Positions 13,801-27,660 of a stretch of 64,000 nucleotides of DNA are shown here, piece after piece (positions within the stretch are counted from its first letter, which is position 1; each line of letters starts with the position of its first letter). This stretch comes from Phoronis australis (Eukaryota; Animalia; Phoronida). The stretch lies in contig NMRA01000017.1 in assembly GCA_002633005.1 (NCBI GenBank), positions 1,760,295 to 1,824,294 of the forward strand, given 5' to 3'. The notes under the pieces were generated by a model. That model saw only the letters and a program-made list of their open reading frames with translations. It searched no databases and was not told the DNA's origin. Both the position numbers and the translations under genes were made by a program.

Positions 13801-14269
13801 AATTTACTAGGTACCTAAACTACATGGTTAACGGACTCATAAACACGACTCACATACCTGAAAACACCGTTCACTGACTCACATAACACGGCAACGGACT
13901 CGCAAAACATGATCCATTCACCCAAATACACGGGACACGGACTCACATTCACGAAGAAACACGGTTAACGGACAGCCATACACAGTTCACTCCGATGAAG
14001 CATGACATAAACACAGGTCACTGACTCATCGGCTTCCTGGGTCAGCTGACATCTACATTTTGTCCGTAAACTGTGTTTGGCAGTCCGTTAACCGTGTATC
14101 TTCGAGAATTCAAGTCCGTGTCCTGTGTATTTGGATTGTGTTTTGTGAGTACATTCCCGTGTTTGTGAGTCAGTGAACGGTGTTTGCAGGTACGTGAGTC
14201 GTGTTCATGCATCCGTGACCGTGTTTATGAGTCCGTTAAAAGTGTAGTTTAGGTATCTTGATTAAGTTT
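13801..14269. mobile_element. Foldback/MITE-like element with long TIRs built from about 20-bp subrepeats
   Basis: acctaaactacatggttaacggactcataaacacg vs cgtgtttatgagtccgttaaaagtgtagtttaggt; repeated (ac)ggactca/gactcac units mirrored on both arms. Confidence 0.75.
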
Positions 14270-15381
14270 CTCGCAGATGATGTCAATATACTTCTGATTA
14301 AAGAATGGCTATCACAAAACAACAATTAATCTGATTCCTAGCTGTTTCAAAGTAGTCAACCTTAAGTTTGAATTCAAAATAGAATGAGATTGATGTGTTC
14401 AGCTGGAATCGCGTTGGTTCTGCACTCTTCCGCTTTGTAGTGATTGTACTGTGGTTTAGTGTTCTTTTTTGGCATCAATAGTGCTTGTCAGAAATTGACT
14501 GTGGGTTTGTTTAAAAGGTAGCTGTGCTTTGAGATTGTGTGTAGATGGAAAGAGAATGAGTATATCCAGAAATTAATTTATTATATGAAAACCGCTAATT
14601 AAACAAGTGAAACCTGTTGCTAATTAAGTAATCGACTAGAAGAGTAAGTACGCTTGCGCCCTCTTTGAAAATTACTTCAATCAATCAACAAAAATAATCA
14701 AATGACTTATCTGCTATCCAAACTGTAGAACTTATACTTGTTGGATGACATTCCTGTTGGTGAATCTTTGAACTACACGCACTGTATTGCGACAGTGTAC
14801 TTGCTGGTCACAGTATCTGGTGATGCAACACTTGCAGGCAGTATCTTACTACCCACAATGCATTAGTGACAAACTCTTAGTTCACTTCCTGTTTGTTAAC
14901 CCCTGCCCGTGCCAAGATGGTTGTGTTGTACAATTTACTATGTACACTGTAGCAAGTCTTTTAGCTTCAACTGCTATAGTTCATCTGAGTATTTTACAAA
15001 TTTCAGCCCAAATTATAATAATCTACTTATATGTAGCGATTGGTTAATAAAAACCACATGATCATATCCAATTATATCATTGGCTGTTCTGATTTGCTCT
15101 CAGAAATTTCTAGAATCTCTAGAGTGCTTTGACCCCTGAACCAAAGTAGTAAACATCATCTAAAACTAGATCTTGACGTTAAAATACATGCCAACTAGTT
15201 TGACCCATGATTTAAAAGTACATAATAGGAACAAATTTTGGGTAACTTAAAATTGATCTGTCTCTGGGAATTACTTATTAATAATCAGTATATATTCCTG
15301 ACAGTATTCAGTTCTTTTTCAGATAATTCATAACTAGCCAAGACTTGTGCAAGCAAAATTTAGTGCATCGTCTGTTTTCAG

Positions 15382-15555
15382 GTGCAGACTGAAGCACAAC
15401 AATCAGCCATTCAGTATCAAAGAGCCACCATAGAGTACAAAGCAGCCAAAGAAACTATAGAATTGGCTGAGCAGAGATTTCTCACATGCTCTGAGGAGGA
15501 GAAACGAGAGTTTGACTCGGCCTGGCAGGAGATGTTGAACCATGCAACTATGAAG
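15382..15555 (+). CDS. SH3BP5: SH3BP5 internal exon
   Basis: Acceptor tgttttcag and donor gtgggt; 174 bp, phase 0/0. Encodes VQTEAQQSAIQYQRAT...AAKETIELAEQR...FDSAWQEMLNHATMK; WQEMLNHAT is the hallmark SH3BP5 motif. Confidence 0.95.
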
Positions 15556-15599
15556 GTGGGTAATGTTTTTACTTCAGGTTTCCTTGGATCACTCATTAC

Positions 15600-16050
15600 G
15601 GTGTTTTCCCGTTGCTCCCGACTTGTTCGAATCTACAGCCCAACAACAAGTTGCGAAGAACATCCTTCTAGCCAATATCTTACATGACTGATTAACTCCA
15701 TTCTGGCATTTATGGTTTGCAAGCCGGCTCTCTTTTGTTTGATAATTGCTCTAACCTGTGATCAGATCGTTGATCTAGCCTGAATGGGCTGTGCTGCTAA
15801 AAATGAAAGTTAAGTTATTGTAATGTATTTGAGCAAAAACCAATAGCATTTCTGAATTCGTTGTAAATGCTGATCATGTTTAGTTTTTGAATCGCCAGTA
15901 TCTCCCAACTACAACAGTCCATTCTGCCAGGTTTCGGTAACTCTTTGAAGCCTGGGAGATAGTTGGCCTGCTTGTTGTCATATGGGGCAAACGACTAGGC
16001 TGGGCAGTTAACAAAGGAGCCAGATGTTATCGCACGTTCAGAATCCCTCA
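15600..16050 (+). repeat. Dispersed repeat, inverted relative to 300-790
   Basis: See the partner copy; begins about 45 nt after the SH3BP5 donor at 15556. Confidence 0.75.
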
Positions 16051-17213
16051 CGTCTGGAAAAGTTGCTAATGGACAGCACACCGTCATGGTCACGTTTTCT
16101 CATTTAAAATTCACGGCAATATCTTACGTCAAAATTCTTGCGAAGTCTTGGTTTTTAGCGAGGTCCTAGCGTTACTGAATGGGAGACTGGTATACTCTCT
16201 CATTTAGCACTGTCGCTGTTCTCGTTTGATGTGCGACTGAGGTGGCGCGCCTATATATTCCCATACTTGAATCGCTGGAATGCATGTTACATTGACACCA
16301 ACATACTTACGTGAGTGACAGGTGGCTCATACACATGCACGTGCTCAGCCCCTGAAAGTATAGTAGGGCTGGAGCATTTGTTTGCTGTCTGGCCACAAAA
16401 AAAGAGACCCATTTCCAAGTCACAGTCTGTCGGGACATTGCGTGCAAACAGCAGGATCGACCAGTGCCGCAGAGAGATGATATTGTTGGGGATATTTTAA
16501 TAGGCTAATCAGGACAGCTTGCATGAAAAATAAATGTTTTTCATCATAAATTCGGTAAGTTGCTCACTTAATGAATGAACCATTGCTGTGACGTTTTTAA
16601 TTTATCACATATTTATGCCATGGTCTGAATTTTTTGCTGGCTCATCCAAAAATTTGCAAAAGCAGCCGAAAACACCAGCCAATGAAATGCGTCAAAGATC
16701 GGTTCTGAATTATCCAAAGACGTTATCCCATGTTCACGCATTACGTTTATAACTCAATCAAGAAGGTCGAGTTTTCAACTTGATTTATAACAACCAAATA
16801 ACGGCTGGATTTTGCACAAGTGCCGGCAAAAGTAAGCCTAGGCTCGCGTTCTTGGGAATTTCCGGTTTGCATGTTGCGACTTGATATGAAATGACCAGTC
16901 TCGGCCTGCATTTCCAAATTTCAGGTAGCGAATGTCTAGCACCGAGTTGATTACAACCGACACCCAACTACCGCGTACCCGCTGAGTAGGCATTGCTGGT
17001 TAGAGCTAGTCACTAACTTACCGTGGCTACCGATTACCCGAATAATTGGCAATTTGTTTACAAGTTATTTTTACCAACAAAGATACGTGTATGAACTATT
17101 TTTCGCTCAACCACCTACCGTACGAAGTATCTTTTCCCTAGGACCCCCATTGTACGGGTTCTATAGACTCGTACCGAGTCAAAATCATAAAACAAACTTA
17201 AGCAAATACGTGC

Positions 17214-17377
17214 CAGGCACGGATCCAGGATTTTAAGTTAGGATTGGCCAGGGCAGAGTAATGAGCCTGGATTTTGCCCATCAGACATTCGCACCTCCGA
17301 ACTGGCACATGGAATCTGGGAGAATTTTATGGGGGAGGGCCATGTCCCCTGTGGCCCCCCTTCTAAATCTCCCACTG
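17214..17377. mobile_element. Small degenerate MITE (CAG...CTG ends)
   Basis: caggcacggatccagga ... ttctaaatctcccactg with internal G/C runs typical of this MITE class. Confidence 0.4.
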
Positions 17378-18249
17378 CTTGCTGTTGGGTACTGCCCTTG
17401 CAGTAGCTTTTGATTGACAACTAGCTCATGTCCGCTTACCTTGGATTCTCATCTTCATTACGTAGCGTGTTTCACGCAATGGCAACTGAAGTTAGCCGTG
17501 CCGAGCGTTTGAGATAAGACAGCCGCACTAAACCTTATGTTGACAATTCATAGGTTTGCGGAGTCTAGAACATGAAGATTCCCAACCATAAAAAACACCT
17601 GAATTAGTTTTTCAAACATTCATTTTGTCAAACCACTCATAAATTGCTCTCTGAACTCAGAACTTTACGCACATAGTTCTTCTCATGTCATGGGACGATA
17701 GTGGCTATAAATTTAATCCTTATGATGTAACCTCTGCAACACGTGAAGATTGCACGCACGGGATAGTTTAGCACACTAGAGGGCGTCTTTGAAGGTCGGA
17801 CACGTGAAGACAACGCTCCGTCAATTTTGTTCTTTTTATCCTTCAAAAGTCAACCATTTTGTTTTCTGCTCAACAGCTTTCATTGCATTGGTGTCGCTGC
17901 CTCCGGCTTCTGGAAACAAGATTTTATGAACATTTCATGTCATTTGGTGAGCTTTCTCTTTCGAGTTTACAGCTATTCCATCAAACGTTACATACCGCCA
18001 TTGTATGTTTCCCTCAAACCCCCCTGGTGTTTTTGTATGGTGGTCATCCAGTTAATCCCACCTATGATTGCCTAACTCCCTCCTGAGGTTACGGGCATTT
18101 TAGTCAATAACCCTTCTCATTACTTGGAGATTTGTGAATAGAAGCGTCCACAGTCACTATGGTGGATCTTGTCCTAGAAAAGAGACTCCAATCCATGGAA
18201 GATATGAATTCGGTCCTTTAAAGAAGTCTTCGATGAAGAACTGGGAAAG

Positions 18250-18759
18250 TTGAAGAACGACTTACAAGCAATAAGACAGGAAAATCAAGAGTTAAAGAAT
18301 AAGTTGAATAATTATGAACAGTACTCTAGACGTAACTGGATTAGGATCCACGGCATTGGTGAACAGCCATACGAGGACTGCGACCGTATTGTTAAAAACT
18401 TCTTTCAGGAAAATGTCAACCTGTCAATCGATCTGGATAAGATAGACCGCACTCACCGAGTAGGAAAAACACCCCCAGATACGGCCTCAAGAAGACTAAG
18501 AAGTTCTAGTACTGCAAATCAACTAAACCCTAGACCAATCATTGTTAAGTTTACCAGCTATCGGTACAGACAAAGTGTTTTCACTTTGAAAAAGAAACTC
18601 AAGGGCACAAGATTCTTCATAAGTGAAGACCTAACTACACAGAACTACCTGCTACTAAAGACCCAGGTCAAGTTTGCATGGTCCAAAGACGGAAGAATCT
18701 TCGTTCTGACAATAGACAATACCATAAAGCTTATTACAAGTATAAGCATTCTACCATAG
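18250..18759 (+). pseudogene. L1-type ORF1 remnant
   Basis: Coiled coil plus RRM/CTD motifs of L1-type ORF1. Confidence 0.8.
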
Positions 18760-19008
18760 TGATACAAATCGTTGTTCTTCGTGACACTTGGACGTTTTGG
18801 ATCTCCATTTCATGAAATAGCCGGTGATATCGCTTTGCGAGTATGATCATGTTTTTCGCCCTTATCCTTTTGTCCCCATTTTCCTTTTGTGTGCCTTTCT
18901 GTATGATCAGATTTTTAAATCTTGGACCTACATTTAAGCTTTTTATGTTAACCTTATTATGCGTAACCTTAGTTAAGGGATGCCTCTAAAACCCTTGTAT
19001 AACCCCAA

Positions 19009-22000
19009 ATGGTTAACATTAAGTGCATGTCTATAAATGTCCGAGGCATTAATTCTGAAATTAAATGAGCTCAACTCTTTAAATGGTTGAAATAAAAGAA
19101 TTGTGATATAGTTTACTTACAAGAAACATACAGCGTTCCTGTCTCCATTAATAAATGGGAACGTGATTGGGGTGGTCCGCTATTTTCTGGTCACGGCATT
19201 AACCATAGTAAAGGCACTGCCATTTTAATTCATCCACGTTAGGATTTTGAACCAATGTTCTCAATTGCAAAATTGCAGAACAAGATTTCATTTTACTCAA
19301 TCTGTACTTTCCAAATGAAACCAGGAAACAAGTCGAATTTCTGGATTTCATTAATTTAGAACTTCATAATTTTGTAAACAACCAAACTATTCTTTGCACT
19401 GGTGATTTTTAACTGCGCTCCCATGGACTTAGATAAGAAATGAAAACTAGTGTATTCCACAAAAAGTCCTGAAATACAGAACATCAACTTTTTTACATCT
19501 AATTTCAAGTTGTACGATGTATGGCGTGACAATAACCCAGGTGTGAGGAAGTACACTTGGAGGGATAACATCATGCCAAAGTAGAATTGACATGTGGCTA
19601 ATTTCCAGAGAAGTAGCAGTCAAAGACTTTGCCATTATTAACGACTGTGTTTTCAGACCACTCTGCCATTACTTTACAATTTGAAATATCCGAAAATGGA
19701 AAGAGAGGTCCTCGGGTCTTTGGAAATTTAACACTAGTTATATAAATGATACCAATTATGTAAACAGAATAACTAAATGTGTCGAATTTTATAGTACTCA
19801 ATACCGACATATTGAAGACAAAAATTTGATGTTGGAATTAATTAAAAGGGAAATATGGAAAACTTCAATCTCTTTTCCAAAAGAGGTTGCAAAGAAGACC
19901 CGCTCTGACAAAATTGTTTTAACAGAAAAAATTAACGCTTTGACAGCCAAGGTGGAAAGCGACCCTTCAGATGAATTAAAAAAATATTTGGAAACAGCCA
20001 AAATTGATTTGCAAATCATCCAGACCCAAAAAATTAAAGGCTCGATTCTGCGTCGTAAAGCACAATGGGCAGAACAAGGCGAGAATGGAAAATATTTCAA
20101 AAACCTAAAGTTGCGCCAAAGTAAGCTAAAACATATTAACCCCCTTAAAGATGGTGCTAAAATTATACATGATGCAGCAAGCATACGGAATATGCAAGTG
20201 AACTATTACAAAAAACTTTACTCTGATATTGAACAATGCAACGGAGAATGAACGTATCCAATCAACCTTTTTAATCTTCCAATACATAAAAAGCTATCTA
20301 CTGCAGATTCTAAGGATTTAGAAAAAAATCTAACAGAAGAAGAATTGTATGAGTCTCTGTTAGAGACAAAACCTAACGATGGTAATGATGGCATTAGCTA
20401 TGAATTTTATAAAAACCTTTTGGAAGGTAATTAAAGACGATTTTTTGGCGAGCATCACATACAGCTTTGGAAACAGTCACATGTCCAATTCTCAAAAGCA
20501 AGGCGAAATCACATTAATCTCACAAAGTAAACAGTCTGAGGAATTACTATCTTTAGACAATTGGAGACCTATCTCTTTTTTGAACTGTGACTATGAATTA
20601 GTAACTAAAACAATCGCAAACAAAATGCACAAATATATTGACAATTTAATTCATCCATATCAAACATTCTAGCCAAAATGATATATAGGCCAGAATATCC
20701 GTGTAATTGATTTTTTAAAGAAAACCACACCCTTGGTCACATTGTATTCCTCGATTTCAAGAAAGCGTATGATACTGTAAAGTGGGATTTTTTATTTCAG
20801 TCCTTAAAAGCTTTTAATTTTGGTGACGTTTTATCATTCCGTACATTGTATTCTGACTGGAATTTCGTCATGTGTGTTGAACAACAGATTTACATCACAG
20901 TATTTTAACATAGAGAAAGGCCTCCGACAAGGAGACCCACTATCAAGTCTGCTGCTCGTCCTGTGTGCGGAAATTATGTCGCATATAAGAAGCAATGAAT
21001 TAATTAGAGGCTTCACAATAGCCAATCACGAAATCAAAATTGCACAGTATTCAGATGATACAGTTCTTTTCATTAAAGACGTAGGATCTGGCAATAACTG
21101 TTTTAGATTTTTAGATTATTTTGGAACATTATCTGGACTCCACTTGAATTATGAAAAATGCCAAGGTATGTTTACCTCAACAATATACCGAAATCATAAA
21201 CCACTTTACGGAATCAGGTGGCCCCAAAAGCCCATTAAAAGTATAGGAATATTCTTTGGTGGAAAAGGGGATGACACTGAAAAACTCAATTTTGATGATA
21301 AAATCCAAAAGCTTAAAGACCTGTTTTATATTTCGAAAATACGAAATTTGTCCATAAAAGGCAGAATCTTCCTTACTCTTTCATGTGGTGTCAACCGTGG
21401 GTATCACCAAAAAAGAATTTGTGAAGTTAATGAACTTATCAGAGAATTTATTTGGTTAAATAAACCACCAAAAATTAAAGAAACCGCCATATCAAGAGAG
21501 GGTTTAAAATATCCTAACATGGAACTGATCAAGTTAAACTTATTATTTAATTGGGTCATGCATTTTAATACAGAGGATGAGGCAAGTTGAAAGATATACC
21601 TGAGGCATCTTTTCAGTTGTATTGGCTGTGTCCTCATTTTTTTATCCAATTTTCAACTGAAAACACTAAAATGCGAAATAAAGAACCCTTTTACAAAGAT
21701 GTTCTCACAACCTTGGATATTCTTAATCCTGAAATTTTAATGAAGTACCAATAGCCAAACAAGTGATGGAACAATTGTAACTTAACTGTTACCGGTAAAT
21801 CATTATTTTACCAAGATCTGTACAATGCAGGCCTCATATTTTGTGAAGATTTTTTAGAGAGCCAGAACAAACTTCTTAAATGGGAAAGCATTAAGAAAAA
21901 TTATAACTTAAAGGATACGCCTATCATACCATTTTCTTCCACTACAACGACCTTGAAGAAAGTTCCGAGTGTGTCGGATAGAAGGATTGTTAGTTGTAAT

Positions 22001-22599
22001 AACATTAGATTTTTATTCTTCAATAGTTCCAATTCAAAGATCAAAAAACACATTTATTCACAAGTTTTCTGTAAAACCAGATAATTATGCATTTTTACTT
22101 AACTATTACATAGACGCCAAAATTAAAGAAATATATAATCTCCCTTTCAATCTACCCATAAACCCTCATTTGACAATGGTTAAATACTTTTTCATTCACA
22201 AAAGAATTTATACAAACAAAAATGTTAAAAGTACTTGGTATTTCACAAACAGACTAATGTCCCTACTGTGGTGAAGTCCAGACTTTTCAGCATATGTTTT
22301 ACAGCTGCTTCTGTGTTAAAGGTTTCTGGAATTCTTTACATCATTTCATAAGTAAAATTTTTAAGTTACACACTGAGCCATCTATGTACCACTTCTTAGT
22401 TTGCTTTTTTGGCAATATAAGTGAAATCTTCAATACCATATACACTTATGCCCAACATTATATTTATACATCAACGAGAGATGGGTCTCAACTATGTTTT
22501 CATGAGTTTAGATTTATACTTTTTGACGCAGTGAACCTCATTGTGTTTAATGCCTCGGATAAAACAGTGGAGGGTTTTGCAGCCATCTCTTTAAAATGA
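19009..22599 (+). pseudogene. L1/Tx1 ORF2 (APE-RT-zinc finger), disrupted
   Basis: Motifs lie in order across several frames (ORFs at 19826, 20379, 20820, 22294). Confidence 0.85.
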
Positions 22600-25500
22600 T
22601 TCAAACAATATATGGTGTTATTTTTTAACCATTTCTGTTGTATTATAAGAAAATTGTCCTTTTCATAAATATGCACCTATGTAAATGTAATCATAAGTTA
22701 ATTAAACTGTGTGAATGTGAGTGTGAATGAGTGTATGAAAGTCCTTCCTCTTCCCGTTCCCCCCCCCCCCTTTGAATTATTCTTGGCTAATTATTCGCCC
22801 AATCATTAGGAGTATTTTCCAAATACTTATTTGCTAAATTAATATGATGTATTATACTCTAGTAAGTTGTAAAGATACGTAGTTGGGGCTAACCAACCCC
22901 AGCCGTATCTAATATACATTAATGATATGCTTTATGGGTAAATAATTCCTGGGCAGACTGCTGATTTTCAAATATACAAAACACATCATCTACATACCGT
23001 CGGTAGAAATAGACATGACATGCCATAAACATTTCCACTAAATAAGATTGCCCCAAACACCGCCGATCAGGGAAAACGGTGGGGTTCGGCCGATTGAACT
23101 AGACCGTATTTATCCATCTTGTCTGTGTCGCCTAGCTTCTCTATTCATCGAGTTACGAGCGAGGATAATTGGCTTCGCTCATGTGGATATGATCAGCTGA
23201 TTACAATCTAGCCTAGATGACTGTACTTGTTATGGAGAGCATTTTACGTAGTTTTGAGTGTAATATTTGAAAAGAGGAGAGAAAAAATGTTGTTTTTCAA
23301 ATCGGCCCAAAATAAGAGATTTAGCAACACAGCAACACTCACGATTACATTCATTCGGCGCGCACGGATACAAAAAATAGGACCCAAGTTAGGATAATAT
23401 CAAGGAGTGTAGTAGTATAGGAGAGTTCACTTGTGAGTTCGCTGTTACCGCTACTACTAGCGCCGCCAAGTGGTGAACAAGCTACGGTCAACCAGGAAGC
23501 GCCAAAACAATGGGGACGGACGCATTTTGCAGTGCGATAAATTGCATGAATTGATCCACGAAAACCCCACACGTGTCATTTTGTAGGTTTCCTAAGGATC
23601 CAGAAAGGTAAGGATTATCTGTTATTCAATAATATGATACATTGTCTTTCATTTTGTGTGTTCTGTTCACGGTTGTTAGACAAGTCGATCGCAGTCCCGG
23701 TGCCCGGCACTGTCTGTTGTCTGCAGTGTAGGCTAGACCTACTGGGCAGCCGGCGGAAGAGGACTATGATTAACGTACGATGTGATCGTCAGCTTTTTGG
23801 ATACTTGCAGTCCATGTATTCCAAATCAAAATGTCACTCTAACGATCGCAGGGATAATTTTAGGAAAACATTCCCATGGCCATGGGTGAATATGAATCGT
23901 GGTGACACGGCCATGGCACAATCACAGCCACAGGCCACAGGGCCTTTTAAGTCTTTCATTAGTCAAGTCAGAGAATCTGTGGGTCTCGGTGAAAAGTTGT
24001 GCAGCCCTTAAAATATCCGTGGATCGACATTTGAGTCCTAGTTTTTTTNNNNNNNNNNNNNNNNNNNNNNNNNNNNNNNNNNNNNNNNNNNNNNNNNNNN
24101 NNNNNNNNNNNNNNNNNNNNNNGGGACCACCACTGTGAATTGCGCGTTTCCGTTTCTTTAGTGGACTTTTGTCCCATTTTCTCGGACTTTTTGTCTCGTT
24201 CAAGCCCCCCGAGCCCCCTGGGTGCGCGCGTGGGAGAGTGCAATCGAGTTTACCCTATGCTGGAATGTCTAAGAAATAATGGGATGTTCTAAAATTATAT
24301 TACGATTTTGTGGTAGTGATGAATTGCTTTCTTCTTCTTACATGTGTAACACCCACTACACCAAACAATTATTCACATTGTTAGTATCCTGGTGCATTGA
24401 ATAAGGAACACATGCGAAATTGGGTAGAGGTGAAACCAGCAGTGAGCTGGGAGCAACACGTTTGTCAATGGTCAGGGGAGCAACCAAAATTTATGACAAT
24501 GGGAATGGCTCAACACCCATGTGGCATACCCCATTGGTTTTTACCTGTTTAGCACTCCTCCCATGTAACCCCCCTGGAAGATGGTCAACACCCATTTGGC
24601 GCCCACGTGGTTTTTGCCTTGTACCCCCTTAGCTGTCACCTGTGGGGAATTATCCTCTGAACCCCCAGGAGCAATCATTAAAATTTTATTGTCCATGGAG
24701 GTATGAACTGTTATAAGGAAAGATAATTTGCCTTGTTAAGAACTCAAACATGAAACAAAACCGTGATAGATTTTGAAGGGAGCTTCAAAAGAATAAAAAC
24801 AAATACACTTTAATATTGATTAAAATACACATTTTCATTCTCATTCGATTATAAGTGGATGTTGGTTTACGTATTCTAACCATTTTCAATCACACACTAA
24901 TTTTATTGCACGTTGAACGTCATTAAAGTATGAATTCATCAGTGTTTACATTGTTCGGACTGCGCTCCTGAGTAAGTACTGATTATTCACCGCTTGGAGC
25001 GCTAGTGTTTCGACCGGTAACCATTGCGGCCAATGGTAAAATGGCGGAGTGAACTCTCCTATACTCGTACACTCCTTGATAATATAGAACTACTCTGTAT
25101 GTTTTCTAGATTTTGGAACACATGCATTGCAATATTCAAAATATGTTTATTATAGCTCTTACAAGCTGTAAAACGACATTGTTTCATTTCATTGTGCTCA
25201 TTCCATTGTCATCCGTCAATCCGAAATTTGCGAGATGTGATCTGCGGCGTGCGCGTATGTATACAAAACATTAAGAAACTTTTGCATGCCATTATTATTG
25301 ATGGACAGGATAAAAAGAATTTGGATTTTTGACGATAGTCTTTATACAACGAGCTGGCTAACTATAGGTACCACTGCATCAGTGCCTCCATTAGACCCAG
25401 AAATTTCACATTACCCGGATAGTTCAGCTCGTCACCCATGTAGATCGAGCCTAGGATTATTAATGTTATACTCCCCGGTTGAGCTAACGACCGTCGGCCT

Positions 25501-25639
25501 GTGCACTCAAAATGTGTGAGTTAACCGGCACTCACCTTGCACGTTGCAGCCGTTTAAGCGAAAAACAGTCTAATAAACGCCATTTTCTTGCTTAATCCTC
25601 CGCCTTTTGTAACAAAGTCTGTAGTCGATGACCCACATT

Positions 25640-26173
25640 CGCTCGCTAACTAACTCATATGCAGACGATCTTCAAAACAAACATCACGTGACAACAACAT
25701 GTGTGTTCAGCCAGAGATTTTTCTCGTGTTGTAGGGTATGATGCAGAGCAGATTTGGACTTAATCGCAATTAATCTAGACTCCACATGAACTTAAAAAAT
25801 TGTAAAACATAAGGAGGATTCAGGTAATTTGTTGAGTGGAAACTGTATTTTTATTCAAGAATTCAAATTTTTCTATTGACGATCTCGATTCAGCGATGTA
25901 TCAGTAGGCAAGTTTTCGCCCCGGGATTTCAGCACATTTTTTAAAAAAATAATCGTAATTTAACAACGGAGTTTGATAGCAATGCACTACAGTTTTGTAG
26001 AAAGACTGTCATAGGCTACAAATACATCACAGAGCATAATTTGCTGAATCCTAACTTCCGATTTTACCCGTTTCGGAAACGGGGTTTCAGCTGTCTTAGG
26101 CTACAATAAGCGTCCCCTCCGTGAAATGAATTTTTCTATTGTGCCCGCGGCGTTGATTAGGGTCAATACAGTA
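25640..26173. mobile_element. Right half of a family A-related element
   Basis: Colinear with about 7980-8554; ends in the degenerate TIR gattagggtcaatacagta. Confidence 0.7.
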
Positions 26174-26629
26174 TACAGCTTTCCACCAAGACTATGTGAT
26201 GCTACGAGATATTCTTTGTTGCTTGTACGGATTGTTGCCAATTTTTCCTCGTTTCCATAGCATAATGATGGTCGAACTGAAAACGTTGCATAATCCAGAA
26301 AATCAGAGGTCGGTAAACCAAGTTTTTTCAAAACACTTTCGGCGAAAGACTAGCAGAAGATGCCCACTCTTTCAAAATTGCCATGAAGGTATAAACTATT
26401 CCATGCAGCAAGGTCTTGCCTAATTATCATTTTATGGCCTAGTCATCCATTCAGCCAAAAGTAGTTCTATAGTAGGCAATTATTCACGCATGCTGACTCA
26501 CAGTAGAAGCCTGATAAGAGTGTAGGTGAATAAATGTGGTGTTCCTCTTGTTTCTTGTGGTAGTTAATGTGTTCACCACATGGAGGACCAGTGTAGGTCT
26601 CAATCCATGTTTTCTCATGGTGACCTAAA

Positions 26630-27660
26630 AACATACCGACATGTTTTTAGGTCACCAGCAGTCGGCCCAGGAATTTTTGGTGTATTTGAACTCGAGGCAT
26701 TCTAACTTAAAATTTAGTATAGAATTAGAGGTCGACAACATTTTGCCATTTGTGGACGTGTTAGTGGAGAGTGAGGGTACCTCAGTGATAACATCAATAT
26801 TTCATAAGAAGACCAACACAGGACTGTACACTAATGTTTTCATAGCTTCACATCCTTTATTTATAATGTAGGTCTCATTAAAACTCTAATAGACAGGGTA
26901 TATTGCATTAACAACACTTTGGCTAGATTTGATTCTAATAGTAAAAAAACAACGAATTTGCTAAAGAATGGCTTATCCCCCAGAATTAATCAACAGGGTA
27001 CTGAAAGCAAGACTCCAACGCAACCCTGATGATGTTCATCCTATAGACAAAACTAACTACAAGTACTTTAAAATACCATGTGTTAGGTTTTACGCCAAGA
27101 TTGCTCAACAAATTGGTGAATGATTACTGTGTGAACTTGAGAGTTGTATTAACATTCAAGTCTCTAAAACTGTTGAATTTATTTAACCCTGAAGACAAAA
27201 TTCCTATGGGTCTACGGTCCAGAGTAGTGTACAAATTTTTCTTGTGCTGGATGTGGGGTCCAGTTACACATACGAAACTGTTCGCCTTTTGAAAAAAAGG
27301 ACCAAGGAACATCTAAATTCTAACAGAGGTTCACATGTAAATATTCACCTACAGAGCTCCAATCATTGTTATCAACAATGCTCTTTCTATGACTTTACAA
27401 TAATAGACCAGGCAGTAACAACAAAGTATCTTAAAATTCCTGAGGCTCTACACATCATTTGGTACAAGCCCAATCTCAATAGGCAACTGGCACACCACAG
27501 GTTGTCATTGTTGGTCTAGTTCATTGTCACTCCCTGTAACTGACTGTATCTGTACTTCATTACTTGTTGCTGGGCCTAGCTAGGTGGCCACTGCATTCTC
27601 TTCTGATGATGGTGTTTGAATAAATGACACGGAAGCATGTCAAGTCGACTTAAAACCATT
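26630..27660 (+). mobile_element. Penelope-like element 3' part (RT thumb + GIY-YIG), degraded
   Basis: YLNSRHSNLKFSIELEVDNILPFVDVLV...HKKTNTGLY; SRVVYKF.C..C...Y..ETVRLLKKRTKEH; IPEALHIIWYKPNLNRQ. Confidence 0.88.
27600..27644 (+). ncRNA. Degenerate minimal type I hammerhead ribozyme of the Penelope element
   Basis: ctt-CTGATGA-(tggtgt...acacg)-GAAgCATGTC-aag. Core CUGANGA intact, GAAA changed to GAAG, palindromic stem III, located just after the PLE ORF. Confidence 0.6.

Larger units (their letters stand above)
17800..22925 (+). mobile_element. Near full-length degraded L1/Tx1-clade non-LTR retrotransposon
   Basis: ORF1 at 18250-18759 (EQYSRRNWIRIHGI, IDRTHRVG, PRPIIVKF, ISEDLT). ORF2 from 19009: APE (NVRGI, YLQET, GDFN, SDH), RT (NWRPISFLNCDY, LDFKKAYD, RQGDPLS, QYSDD) and C-terminal CPYC...H...C. 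Many stops and frameshifts. Ends approximate. Confidence 0.92.

Noticed and set aside
24960-25040. Second hammerhead ribozyme (GAAAC on minus plus a hairpin)
   Set aside because: No CUGANGA core.
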